From Eledone cirrhosa (taxonomy: Eukaryota), in assembly GCA_964016885.1 (NCBI GenBank), contig OZ024762.1:24924001-24988000 (forward strand): a stretch of DNA of 64,000 nucleotides, given 5' to 3'. Each line of letters opens with the position of its first letter. The first letter of the stretch is position 1. Below are positions 1-12,200 of this stretch, one piece after another. The notes under the pieces are model-generated. The model made no database searches, was not told the DNA's origin, and saw only the letters and a program-made list of their open reading frames with translations. Position numbers and translations under genes: made by a program.

Positions 1-107
1 TTTCTATTAATCATCACCATCAACATCACTTTTATTATTATTATTATTATTGTTGTTGTTGTTGTTGTTGTTGTTAGTGGTCGTGGTCATAGTGGTAGTA
101 GGCGTTA

Positions 108-380
108 TTATTGTTCATTTAGCTTGGGTTTGAATTTATCAATAAAATTCTTTTCTTTGATTTTTCTCTTGATTTCACTTAGGCTGTGTAATTTGTAGAA
201 TGGGAATATTATAAATATTCCCTGACCACATGTTGCCAGGTGGCCGCTTAGGGGTATCTGACGGACATTTGGGTCTCTGATTTGTTGACGGTGTACCCGT
301 GCACGTTCCGATAGTGCATTTCCAGTTTGACCGACATATAGTTCTTTACAATTCGGGCATTTAATGCAGTAAATTAAATT
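108..380 (-). pseudogene. GIY-YIG endonuclease domain of the PLE, out of frame with RT
   Basis: Manual translation: NLIYCIKCPNCKELYVGQTGNALSERARVHRQQIRDPNVRQIPLSGHLATCG...KIKEKNFIDKFKPKLNEQ*. GIY-YIG-like motif with CxxC and conserved H residues. Confidence 0.88.
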
Positions 381-2284
381 TCTGCTTTTGTTAGCAATTG
401 CTTCAAATTTTTTGGCTGTCTTTTACTAAGAGTCAAAGATCGATCTGTGATTAAGCCTTTTAATTCATTACTTTGAGCAATGATCGGTAGGTTTGCTTTG
501 GCAGTGTTGAAGATATTCTGGTGACATGGGTTGTGTGTCATTATAAATGGTATGACCAGTTCTTGGTTTCTTCTTCCTTGGGTTGTTCTAAGTTGTTGTA
601 TAGGTATTTTTATAGCCCGCTGTATGCCATTTTCTATAAGTAGAGATGGGTATTTTTGTTTGAGCAAAAATTCTCTTAGTTCTGTTAGGCGTTTGTACCT
701 GGTATTCGTATCTTCTACAATGGTACAAATTCTTCTGGCTAGGCAGTATGGGATGTTGCGTTTTGTATGAGGTGGATGGCACGACTTAAAATCCAGATAT
801 TGATGGGTGTCTGTGTGTTTATAATATATATCTGTGGTAATGGTGGTGTCGTTTTTGATTATCATTATATCTAGGAATGGTAATTTGGTCCTACTCATCT
901 CTTTTGTGAATTGGAGAGATGGGTGTAGGTTATTCAGGAGGATATTGAACTCATCCAGAGTATCTAGAGATTCTGTCCAGATGATGAAACAGTCGTCAAG
1001 GTATCTCTTCCAAGATTTTTCAATGTACTTTCTAAAGTCAGTACTATATTTTTCCTCTATTTCTTGGTAGAGTTGTTGTTCTAAGTATCCCATTACAGAG
1101 TTCGCGTAAACGGGAGCAAACTTCGTTCCCATCGCTGTGCCTCTAATTTGGATGTAATTCTTTCCATTGAAGAAGAAAGTGTTGTTTTCCAGAATAAGTT
1201 TAACTGCGTCTAATATAAATGGCGCTGTGAATCTAATGGGAATCACTTCTCTATGTTTTTCCACCCAGTATTTAACCGCCTTTATTCCTAAATCATGTGT
1301 AATGTTGGTGTAAAGGCTTACCACATCAAAACTGAGTAGAAGTGAATTCGTTTCCGTGGTTTTGGGAAGATGGGACAGGAAGTCGATATCATCCCGGATG
1401 AAACTGGGTATGTGAATACATAGTGGTTTCAAAATAATGTCAACAAAATTGCTTAGACGGTGAGTGGGGCATGTTGGACCAGCTATAATAGGTCTAAGTT
1501 TTAAGTCTTTTGGGTGTAATAATTTAATGTACTCACTGTTTTGTTCTCTTACTACCAGTTGTATTTCTTTTGACTTGTGAACTTTCGGTAGGCCATACAG
1601 GTTGCTGGGTTTCGGCTCAAAATTGGTGATGTAGTCTCTTTCCTTATCAGTAAATGAGTTGTGGTATTTTGAAGCCAGGTTGTTGATCTTCTTCATGATG
1701 TTGTGGTCTATATTTGACGGTATTTCATGATAGAATGTTGTGTCTTTCAGTTGTTCCTCAACCAAATCCTTGTAGTATTCAGTATCCATTATAACAACTG
1801 CACCCCCTTTATCAGCTTGTTTAATTATTATTGTTTTATCATTTTGTATACGTTTAAGTGCAGACATTTCTGATTTGTTAATGTTTGGCCTAACATTAGT
1901 ATTATGTCTAAGAGGAAATTTAGACAGGATGTCAATGTATTGGTCGAGATAGATATTTCTTCCTTTTGGCGGAGTGAAATTTGATTTATTCTTTACTAGT
2001 GATTCATCACTCTCATTATTTTTATCAGCGAAGAATTCTACAAGACGTAATTTTCGACAGAATTCTTGGGTATCCTCCTTCAGTTCTTGGTGGTTGACTG
2101 TTGGAGTCGGTGTGAATGTCAGTCCTTTTGACAGAATTTGCATTTCATCATTGTCAAGATCTCTTTTAGATAAATTAACTATTTTAGGATCTACGTGTAC
2201 AGCTGTTTTGGGTATGTTTCCTCCTGGAGTTTTTCTTTTTCCGGTTTTTGTTGTCCTGACGTTAAAAAATGGATTTTTCTCTGT
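374..2284 (-). CDS. PLE reverse transcriptase (frame open from 2284; first ATG at 2143)
   Basis: Motifs VNLS..L...E..ILSKGLTFTP, IIKQADKGGAVV, YGLPKVHK, LRPIIAG, FDVVSLYTNI, GTAMGTKFAP, RYLDDCF, PFLD, YYKHTD...SCHP. Confidence 0.93.
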   Translation of the reverse strand, partial: TEKNPFFNVRTTKTGKRKTPGGNIPKTAVHVDPKIVNLSKRDLDNDEMQILSKGLTFTPTPTVNHQELKEDTQEFCRKLRLVEFFADKNNESDESLVKNKSNFTPPKGRNIYLDQYIDILSKFPLRHNTNVRPNINKSEMSALKRIQNDKTIIIKQADKGGAVVIMDTEYYKDLVEEQLKDTTFYHEIPSNIDHNIMKKINNLASKYHNSFTDKERDYITNFEPKPSNLYGLPKVHKSKEIQLVVREQNSEYIKLLHPKDLKLRPIIAGPTCPTHRLSNFVDIILKPLCIHIPSFIRDDIDFLSHLPKTTETNSLLLSFDVVSLYTNITHDLGIKAVKYWVEKHREVIPIRFTAPFILDAVKLILENNTFFFNGKNYIQIRGTAMGTKFAPVYANSVMGYLEQQLYQEIEEKYSTDFRKYIEKSWKRYLDDCFIIWTESLDTLDEFNILLNNLHPSLQFTKEMSRTKLPFLDIMIIKNDTTITTDIYYKHTDTHQYLDFKSCHPPHTKRNIPYCLARRICTIVEDTNTRYKRLTELREFLLKQKYPSLLIENGIQRAIKIPIQQLRTTQGRRNQELVIPFIMTHNPCHQNIFNTAKANLPIIAQSNELKGLITDRSLTLSKRQPKNLKQLLTKAEI

Positions 2285-2646
2285 TCAGGATTTATATTCC
2301 TGTTGGTGTTCGCTTGATGAACTTTTGGTCGTGATATTATATTTGGTTTCGTTATGTATTTTGTCCTATTTTTGGTATTCTGTATATTATTATTCTTCCT
2401 GTTAGCATTATTTTTAACAATCTGGGAAAACGACCTAGGTTTGCTTTCAGGTTTAGATCGTTTTTTCGTCCAGTTTCTTGTGGGCAATCTCTGTTGAGAT
2501 CTTGAGAGTGATCTGGTTATTCTACGTTTTGTTTCCACATTCCTTGTTGGTAGTCTCTGTTGAGATCTTGAGAATGATCTCCTGGTTTTACTACTTCTCA
2601 TGCTCTGGTCAAAGGAATACCTATCGTGTTTGTACTTTTTGTTCAT
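2191..2646 (-). CDS. Basic S/R/N/K-rich upstream ORF of the PLE (frame stays open to about 2780)
   Basis: Contains a duplicated SRSQQRLPTRN peptide. Overlaps the RT frame at 2191-2284 with CAT TTT TTA in the overlap. Confidence 0.6.
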   Translation of the reverse strand: MNKKYKHDRYSFDQSMRSSKTRRSFSRSQQRLPTRNVETKRRITRSLSRSQQRLPTRNWTKKRSKPESKPRSFSQIVKNNANRKNNNIQNTKNRTKYITKPNIISRPKVHQANTNRNINPEQRKIHFLTSGQQKPEKEKLQEETYPKQLYT

Positions 2647-2928
2647 GTTGTGTGCGATAGGGTGTTTTTGTAGAAAAAGCGAAGAGTTATTACCGTAGTT
2701 CTTCTTTGATTCAAGGTAAGGTGAGTGTTTGTGTTGGCACGTGTTCTGGCGTATGTTGTGTTGAGGAGATTGTCCACTTTTTATATATATATATGCATGT
2801 ATGTATACAGAGTATCACCCCAAAATGTATACACCCTTTAATTACCTGAAAAGGCAATATTTATTAGCATGGTGTGGACGTTTTTGGGGGACACTCTGAC
2901 TATGCACAAACACACACACACACACACG

Positions 2929-3018
<90 letters not shown>

Positions 3019-3043
3019 TATGTATATATATATGTATATATAC

Positions 3044-3128
<85 letters not shown>

Positions 3129-3129
3129 G

Positions 3130-3238
<109 letters not shown>

Positions 3239-3490
3239 GTTTTCATTTTGTCCTTAATTGTATGTGTGACGAAAGAACTTTGACAATATATAAACAACCA
3301 TCTGGTTGTGGAACCAACCAACCAACCGGAAATTTATAAATCCCTAAATTTATAAATTTATTATAATAAATTGAAGTGAAAGCAACTGGTGCGTGTGTTC
3401 CTTATTGGCAACATGACCCTCCCAAAGTATAACAATATCGGTTTCAACACACGTTTTCAGATAAAGAATCTTAGTAAACAAATTCAGAAA

Positions 3491-3626
<136 letters not shown>

Positions 3627-3671
3627 GTGTGTAAAAAAAGAAAATTTCGCTCTACATGGCTGAATATATTC

Positions 3672-4460
3672 AATGTAATCTGAGTCTTTCGAATATTAAT
3701 AATTATTTCTACTTTTGGCACAAGGCCACCAAATACACAGTACATTACTGGTACATTATTTTTATTTTATCGACCCCGTATGGATGAAAGGCAAAGTTAA
3801 CCTCAGCGGGATTTGAACTCAGATCATAAAGAGACGTAACTATGCTGGAAAGCATGTCCGACCCTCTACCGATACTGTCAATTCACCGCCATATTAGTAA
3901 TAACATTCGAATATTAATAATAACATTCGATTCGTTTGCAATTATGCAAACAAGCCTCAATTTTATAGCCATGTCAATATCGATGTTCATGCCACCATAT
4001 GAACATGAATGAAGTGTTCATTCTACTGACATGGCTATAAAACTGAGGCTTGTTTGCATAATTGCAAACGAATCTAATGTTATTATTAATATTCGAAAAA
4101 CTCAGATTACATTTTTTCTTTTTTTATTTGCATCTGGCAAAGCCGGCCATTACTCGCTCGTATACAGGAAACTGACTGGCCAGTCTGCTGATATGCAAAT
4201 CAGGCCGATCAGTAGCTGTGTATTTTTGAAAATAGCATATATTTTCACTAGCTCTGACAGTTTGCCAGGTCAACAGTGAGCTGTACTGATGAAGTGTGAT
4301 ACCCAGAAACATTTGTGTCTGCAGTTCTGTTCGCATGCCAACATAATAGCAATAATGAAGTGTTCATTCTACTGACATGGCTATACAATTGAGGATTGTT
4401 TGCATAATTGCAAACGAATCGAATGTTATTATTAATATTCGAAAAAGTCAGATTACATTT
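3672..4460. repeat. Inverted plus direct repeat of a ~90-110 bp unit; left arm interrupted by the SINE
   Basis: 3672-3700 plus 3908-3976 is the reverse complement of 4027-4113. 4355-4460 is a direct copy of 4008-4113. Confidence 0.8.
3701..3890 (-). mobile_element. tRNA-derived SINE with Meta/MESC-like central domain
   Basis: Minus strand: A-box-like TGACAGTATCGG, B-box GAGTTCAAATCC, core ACTTTGCCTTTCATCC...GGGGTCGATAAA, tail GGCCTTGTGCCAAAAGTAGAAA. Flanked by ATATTA(A/G)TAA, a possible target-site duplication. Confidence 0.8.
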
Positions 4461-4544
4461 ATTATATATGTATGTATATATAGGTGTTGTTCCTGACTCT
4501 TTGTTCCTTTATTCTTATTCTATATGTGTATATATATATATATA

Positions 4545-5600
4545 TGGATATATTTCTCAAGCCTTTTCTCAAACACATTAAAAGCTACATAAGGGACAAC
4601 CTAGATATGCTCAACCACTTCCCGAATATACTCCTTATTGAACAAACCCTGCTAGTAACGTTCGATGTAGTCAACCTATACTCCAACATCCCCCACAACC
4701 TAGGAATAGAAGCTATCCAATTCTGGCTGGATAATTTCCACAATGAACTCCCACAACGCATCAAAAAAGAATTTGTGATAGAAGGACTCAAATTTATCTT
4801 GGAGAATAATTACTTTGTTTTCAATAACAAATCCTACAGGCAGAAATCTGGGACCGCTATGGGAACGAAAACAGCCCCCACTTATGCCAAGCTACTCATG
4901 GGATACCTAGAAATCACCCTCTACACTAAAGTACTAAAGAAATTTGGAAACACTCTCCACTTACACATAGAAAAGAACTGGAAGCGATATCTAGATGACT
5001 GCTTCATCCTTTGGCACGAAAACATCGAGAAACTTAAAGAATTTCATACCCTTATAAATGGGCTCAACACGAATATTAATTTTACAATGGAATACAGCCA
5101 TCAACAACTCCCCTTCCTCGACATCCTCATTAAGATTCATAACAAAAAAAACAGAAACAGACATATACTACAAGCCCACAGACTCCAAGAAATATCTTCC
5201 TTTCAATTCATGCCACCCTAGACGCGTTAAAATTAATATTCCCTACAACTTAGCCAAGAGAATATGTACTATAGTCTCCAATAAAAACACTTGTTACTTA
5301 CGTTTACAAGAACTAAAGACACACTCATAAACAAGGACTACCCTGCATCACTAATTGACAATGGAATCCAACGTGCCCTAAAGCTCAGTACCCAGGACCT
5401 TAGACACCCTAAAGTTAATCAACCGAAACTAAAAGCTCTTCCATACATCTCCACACACAACCCCCTCAACAATGAGGCCTTTGACACCATCCCCTGTATG
5501 AAAAAGGACCATAGAATGAACCAAATCCTTCCATACACGATATCATAAAGAGCAAAAGACAATCAAAGTCAATGAAAAACATCCTAACACATGCCGAAAA
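4545..5600 (+). mobile_element. Second PLE RT fragment, frameshifted
   Basis: FDVVNLYSNI, GTAMGTKTAP, RYLDDCF, PFLD, YYKPTD..SCHP spread over three frames. Similar to the 374-2143 RT and preceded by (TA)n. Confidence 0.9.
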
Positions 5601-5719
5601 ACTTAAAACTAAAACTGAATACTAACTAATACTTATTACTAATTTATAGTTATTCCTAATTAAACTATTTTTCACTGGGAAAAATATGTAAGCATTTTCT
5701 TTTCCTTTTTACTAATATA

Positions 5720-5873
<154 letters not shown>

Positions 5874-5875
5874 TA

Positions 5876-8820
5876 TTTGTCCTGGGTATGACATTAAACT
5901 ACATCCAGTGGCAACGCTCCAGTTTGGGAGTTCAGGAGCTGTGGGGAATGTGGAGTTACGCCTTAGTTGTCGTAACTCCCAGGTCTGCTCTGGCCCAGAG
6001 TATTAGTACCTGTTAGGGCCCCATTTATGGGTTAAATAACTACCTTATTCGAGTGGCGCCGGTAATGTATTGTCAGCCATTGAAAAGAAATATGGAGAGT
6101 CTATCTAACAGCACTAGGGTTAGAGCCCCTAATTACACTGTCAAGGAGCAGTCTGGTCGTTATGACTCTGCTGGCTTAGAGCCACAGGGAGGGCCAGTGG
6201 ATGATGGATCAGCTGTCTCTGAGACAAATATAAAGAATGCAGTTTTGTCCTGCAGAAGAGCCATAAAAATGGGCATTTTGAATGTGAGGACTATTCGGAC
6301 GCTGGAGAAGAGAGAGGAGTTGGGACATCTGTTCGGGGAGAATCGCATACATATACATGCGATCCAAGAACACAGGATCCTACACGATGAGCCCGTGAGG
6401 AGTGTGATGATCGGGAAGAGGAGCCAGCTCATCACGACACCGGCAGTGAAGAACATGACCAATGCTGCAGTAGGAGGAGTGGGTTTTGTTTTCAGCGCAA
6501 AAACCAATCTATTGGTGAGGGAAATAATGCCCGTCTCCCTGCGAGTGTTGAGGGTGACCTTCAATAGAAACCCAAGACTGAGAGTCATCTCAGCCTATAG
6601 TCCAACCGAGGGAGACAGTGATGTGAGTGCGGAAGAGTTCCATGAGGAGGTGTGTAGAGCTGTCAACACCACACAAGCACACAACATCCTGCTTGTTTTC
6701 GGGGACTTCAATGCACATCTGAGTAAGGAGAGCAGTGAAGATCCTTGCTGGTACTTCCATAACAACATCAACCGAAATGTAAGACTACTGAGAGACACCC
6801 TGCTGGAGGCGAACTTGATAGTGACCAACCTAAGGTTTAGGAAGAATCCGGGGAAGATGTGGACCTACATCTCAGATATGCACCTGTCCAAGTCCCAGAT
6901 TGATTTCATTCTGGTGAGGAAAAAGTGGCGGAATAGTGTTCTGAACACAGAACCATACAACTATTTCAGTACACTGGATAGTGACCACCGGCTTGTTATG
7001 TGTGAGGTCCGAGTGAGCTTAAGAAAAAGAAAGGCTCAGCCCCGGAGAGCAATCTATGACTGGGGAGCTTTCAAGGAAGATGATAAGCTACAGGAGAGGT
7101 TCACAGTGGAAGTGAGGAACAGGTTCAGTGCTCTGTGTGGAGAGACAGAGGAGAGAGAGATTGGATGGACTGAGGAGAGTGTGACGAGGAGGTACGGGCA
7201 CTTCACCAATGCAGTGGGGGAAACAAGTGAGACCCTGGTGCCGGGGAGAAAGAACAAAAGGAAGCACGTCAGCTCTGCAGACCCAAAAGTGTGTGCAGCC
7301 AGAGAACACCTGAAAGCTGCCAAGGACCAATTCTATGCTGATCCTACGGAGGAGAGGATGGAGACTGTGGAGGTGATGAGGGAAGAACTCTGTACCGCTT
7401 TCACTGAGGCCAGAGAGGAGGCACTGATAGAGAAGATCAGAAGTGTGGAGAGAGCGGTTGACAGATCTGGATGTAAGGAGAGCTGGATGATCATCAACGA
7501 GATCACAGGGAGGAAGAGAAGGTGTTCGAGTCAGATCTAGGGAACAGAGCCCGAGGATAGGAGGAGGAAATGGCTAGACAATTTTAGGACCCTACTAGGA
7601 GAGCTGCCCTCCACAGCCCAGAACACTGGGGAGATCAGGCGGCTGTTTGAGGAACTGAATATTGAAACAGAGCCCTTCACCAGAGAGGAGCTTCAGAGAG
7701 CGAAGAAAAAGATCAAGGAGGGCAAGGCTCATGGAGAAGATGGAGTGGCATCAGAGGTGATGAAGAGGTGTGATTTTAATGATATCATCCTGGGTTTTTG
7801 TAACCAGGCACTGGAGAAAGGAGTTGCCCCGAATCAGTGGAGGATCAGTAACATCGTTCCATTGCCAAAGAAGGGAGATCTCTCTAACACCAACAACTAC
7901 AAAGGGATCTCACTGACGTCACTTGTGGCAAAGACCCTCAACAGGATGATTCTTAACAGGATCCAGCCTGAGATGGAGAAGAAGCTCAGGGACAACCAGA
8001 ACGGCTTCAGAGGGGGAAGACCAACCACCAGTCACATCCTGATGCTGAGGAGGATATTAGATGGAGCTAGAGCAAAGTGCCTTCCTGCGGTCATGGTTTT
8101 CATTGACTTTAGGAAGGCCTTTGATTCTGTGGACCGTCACTGCCCGGTGAAGATCTAACAGGCTTATGGTATCCCCAAGAAGATAGTGGACCTGATATCA
8201 CTGCTCTACACCAACACCAAAGCCCAAGTCATTACACCTGATGGGATAACAGAGTTCTTTGAGATACTGGCTGGAGTGCTCCAGGGAGATATATTGGCTC
8301 CCTACCCTTTTATCATCGTAGTAGACTATTGTATGCGCCTTGCACTTGATATCGGTGTGGAAGTCAGACCTTCGTAAATACGTGAAAATCCGCCTCTTCA
8401 TTGCTGTAGTGGAGTCTGTGCTATTGTACGGGTCTGAGACTTGGACACTGACCAAGAAACTCACTCAGATGGTGGATGGGTGCCACACGAGAATGCTGAG
8501 GATGGCTCTGAACATTAATCAGTATACACTGAGGATGAACAACTCAGAGCTGTATGGGAGCCTCCCAAAAGTCAGCTCAAAAGTGACACAGAGGAAACTG
8601 AGGTTAGCTGGACATGCTCATCGACATCCAGAGTTGACATTGCACTCAGTGCTCCTGTGCTACATGGACACACTAGAAGAGGGAGACCAAGGTTAACGTA
8701 TGCTGATACCCTAAGAATAGACACTGGTCTGTTGGAGGCGCAGGACATGGCAGCGATAATGAGGGACAGAGACCGCTGGAGAGAACTCGTCCATGGATCT
8801 CGGGAATTTTACCAGCCTTA

Positions 8821-8823
<3 letters not shown>
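5876..8823 (+). mobile_element. RTE-clade LINE, inactivated, inserted in (TA)n
   Basis: APE motifs (LNVRT, IQEHR, GVGF, AYSPT, GDFNAH, IDFILV, SDH) and RT motifs (PLPKKGD, QNGFR, FIDFRKAFDSV, GVLQGD). In-frame stops at 7538 and 8156. Deletion near 8352 removes the YADD region. C-terminus RLAGH..GRPR. (TA)n on both sides. Confidence 0.92.
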
Positions 8824-8893
<70 letters not shown>

Positions 8894-9463
8894 CATGTAT
8901 ATTTATAGTTATATGTGTGTATAAGCATGTATTTTTTCATACCATCTCTCCGAAAATGCACCATATTCTCTCTCTCTTTCTCTCTCTATACATACATACA
9001 CACATATATATATATATATGTGTATATGTATATATATATATATATAGCTAAATATATATATACCTAATATTATATGCTAGTATATGTTTTTAACCAGCCA
9101 ACCTTTCGTAAACATGTTTGCTTCAGATTAATAACAAAGACCCTTGCTTGTTACATTTTAGCTGAATTTATACTGACAACGCCATTTTGATTTCTGTCTT
9201 GAAATATATTTTCACATCAAACGATCTTCTAGAATCAAAATATGTGATTGCAGTTCGTTAGTTTCTATTGGGGATGGTTTAATGCTTAAATATAATTTTC
9301 AATTTTTCTTTTCTTTACAGTGTTGTGCGTCGGTGGTGGGGGTCATATTATCCATTTTATCTTTTCTTTTATAGATTTTCTTGAGGGTGGGTGGGATGTT
9401 GATGCTTGATAAAAGGTTGGTTCGGCGAACTGTAAAGAATTGAATGGTGTTGTGGTGAGTTAG

Positions 9464-9526
<63 letters not shown>

Positions 9527-9638
9527 CTATATATAACTACACATATACATCTCTCTCTCTCTCTATATATATATATAGATGTATATGTGTATTTATATAT
9601 AGACATATATATATGCATATATATATATATATTATATT

Positions 9639-9676
<38 letters not shown>

Positions 9677-9771
9677 AATATAATATATATATATATATGC
9701 ATATATATATATATATATATGTCTATATATACATCTATATATATATATATATACTAATATACACATATACA

Positions 9772-9805
<34 letters not shown>

Positions 9806-9856
9806 CATATATAAATACATGTCTCTCTTACTGCATATATATATATACAGAGCGAG

Positions 9857-9942
<86 letters not shown>

Positions 9943-10250
9943 TCTGTGTGTGTAATTTTGTTATGCTGAGTGCATCAGATTTATGTGGAGTTTGGGCGAA
10001 AGGAGCGACGATGTTTGGGAAAGATGTGTGCAAGAGAACTTCTAAGAAAGAAAATGAGGACGAGTCGGGAGGTGGGTATTTGGAGGAAGATGATGATGAG
10101 TTCATTATCTAGATTGAGAGAGATGTTGTTTTGTACGAAGGTGAATGGTGTCGAGAAGATAATGACATAATGAGACATAATGGTTCCTAAATATTTTGGC
10201 ATAATTCCAAAAAAGTTGGAGGGAGGAGGGAAAGACAAATATATTGAAAC

Positions 10251-11160
10251 TAGTCTAAAGTCTAAAGTCTGTCTTCATCACCCAAGATCATCCGGTGGCG
10301 CCAGCCGGAATGGACCCAACAATTGATCTCCACGTGGGTCTGTCGTTCATTGCCGCTGCCACGTCCTGGATTTCAATACCAGCATTTCTGGAGATGACAT
10401 CGGGGTAGGAGAGCTTGCGCCCCCTGTTATTAGTGACTGCTTGTGGTTTTCAAAGCTGTAATGGGGACACAGTTTCATAGGTGGCACGATGGCAGTGGCC
10501 TTCAAATCGGGGCAGGAGAGCTTGCGCCCCCTGTTATTAGTGACTGCTTGTGGTTTCCAAAGCAGTAATGGGGACACAGTTTTATAAGTGGCACGATGGC
10601 AGAGGCCTGCAAATCGGGGCAGGAGAGCTTGCACCCCCTGTTATTAGTGACTGCTTGTGGTTTACAAAGCACTAATGGGAACACAGCCTTATAGGTGGCA
10701 CGATGGCAGTGGTCAGCAAATCGGGGCAGGAGAGCTTGCGCCCCCTGTTATTAGTGACTGCTTGTGGTTTCCAAAGCAGTAATGGGGACACAGTTTTATA
10801 AGTGGCACGATGGCAGAGGCCTGCAAATCGGGGCAGGAGAGCTTGCGCCCCCTGTTATTAGTGACTGCTTGTGGTTTCCAAAGCAGTAATGGGGACACAG
10901 TTTCATAGATGGAACGATGGCAGTGGCCTGCAAATCGGGGCAGGAGAGCTTGCGCCCCCTGTTATTAGTGACTGCTTGTGGTTTTCAAAGCTGTAATGGG
11001 GACACAGTTTCATAGGTGGAACGATGGCAGTGGCCTGCAAATCGGGGCAGGAGAGCTTGCGCCCCCTGTTATTAGGACTGCTTGTGGTTTACAAAGCACT
11101 AATGGGAACACAGCCTCAGAGGTGGCACGATGGCAGTGGCCAACAAATCTTACTCTGTCT
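10251..11160 (-). mobile_element. 3' fragment of a second RTE family, internally amplified into a 107-bp x ~7 minisatellite
   Basis: Minus strand reads RFAGLCHRA..VSPLLLWKPQ..RGRKLSYPDVISRNAGIEIQDVAAAMNDRPTWRSIV with a short (TTTAGAC)n-like tail. Unit AAATCGGGGCAGGAGAGC recurs at 10504, 10611, 10718, 10825, 10932 and 11039. Confidence 0.85.
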
Positions 11161-11174
11161 TAAGCCAGAAAGCT

Positions 11175-11418
11175 CACTTGGCCGGTGCTAATCCTGGTTT
11201 CATGGCGCGAAGTGACTGAGAGTACAAGACATCCCCCTGGACCGGAGGCCAGTCAATCGCAGGGTTAAACCCCCAGCTATTGCTGGTACTCATTTTCAGC
11301 TGAGTATACTGGAGCAACGTGAAATGAAGTGCTTTGCTCATGAACACAACACTCAACACAGGAATCGAACCCACGGTATTATGATCGTAAGTCCAACACC
11401 CACACCACCTGCCTCCAC
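11175..11418 (-). mobile_element. tRNA-derived SINE, second family
   Basis: Minus strand: B-box GGTTCGATTCC, CORE-like TGAGCAAAGCACTT, then CAGCTGAAAATGAGTACC and CCCTGCGATTGACTGGC..GTCCAGGG, typical of metazoan SINE central domains. Confidence 0.72.
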
Positions 11419-11519
11419 ATCGAATCTAGTACTTATTTGGGATTTTGTTTTATCGACACTGGTATGATGAAAAGTAAAAAGTAAAGTTGTCCTAAACGTG
11501 GTTGAAATAGTAGAGCAAA

Positions 11520-12200
11520 TAAGTGTTTCTGATTTAGGCACAAGGCCAGGAATGTTGGGGGAGGGTTGGGAAAGTTGATTAAATTGACACCAGTTCGTTA
11601 TTGGTATTTTATTTATCGATCCCGTAAGGATGAAAGGCAAAACTAACATCAGCGGGATTTGAAAACAGAACATAATGGACTGTAACTCCTGATAGAGTCG
11701 TAGGGGCGCCGTATTGACATTCGACATTTCTTGGGCATTTTAAACCTTGCACAGAGAGAGGAAATAAGAAAGATATATATAATGGAAGACATGACCCAAA
11801 ACTAGACTGGGACCTTTTTTTATCAACCTTGAAAGGATGAAAAGCAAAGTTGACCTCGGCGGGATTTGAACTCAGAGAGCAGAGAATTAGAACGAATACC
11901 ACAAAGTGTTCTAACGACTCTGTTATTTCCCCGCTTCTGACCTCTGGTCACGAACCATCAACCTCTTAATTTACATTGAATATCAGGCGTCCTATTTTAT
12001 TGAACTGTAAGATATAATAATTGTTTCTACTTTTGTCACAAGGCCAACAATATCCCCCAGTGCATTACTGGTACTTTCTTTTATCGTTCCAGTAAGTTGA
12101 CTTCGGCGGGATTTGAACTGAAAGAGCAGAGAAGCGGAACGAATACCGTGAAGCATTCTATCCGACGTTCTAACCACTCTGCCAATTCGCAGCTTGGCGA
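11520..12200 (-). mobile_element. Three co-oriented copies of the Meta/MESC-like SINE
   Basis: GGATGAAAGGCAAA..CGGGATTTGAA blocks near 11630, 11836 and 12100, homologous to 3701-3890. Confidence 0.75.

Larger units (their letters stand above)
108..2780 (-). mobile_element. Penelope-like retroelement (Neptune/Naiad-like), 5'-truncated, with upstream ORF, RT and GIY-YIG endonuclease
   Basis: PLE RT motifs followed by a GIY-YIG domain. Bounded by (TA)n upstream and (AAT/AAC)n downstream. Clade assignment is tentative. Confidence 0.92.

Noticed and set aside
3701-3890. tRNA gene (A and B boxes)
   Set aside because: No cloverleaf; the boxes belong to SINE heads.
9321-9460. Possible exon (polypyrimidine-AG at 9320 and 9374, GTGAGT at 9455)
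   Set aside because: 9375-9454 has stops in all three frames and no partner exons are identifiable. A non-coding exon cannot be excluded.
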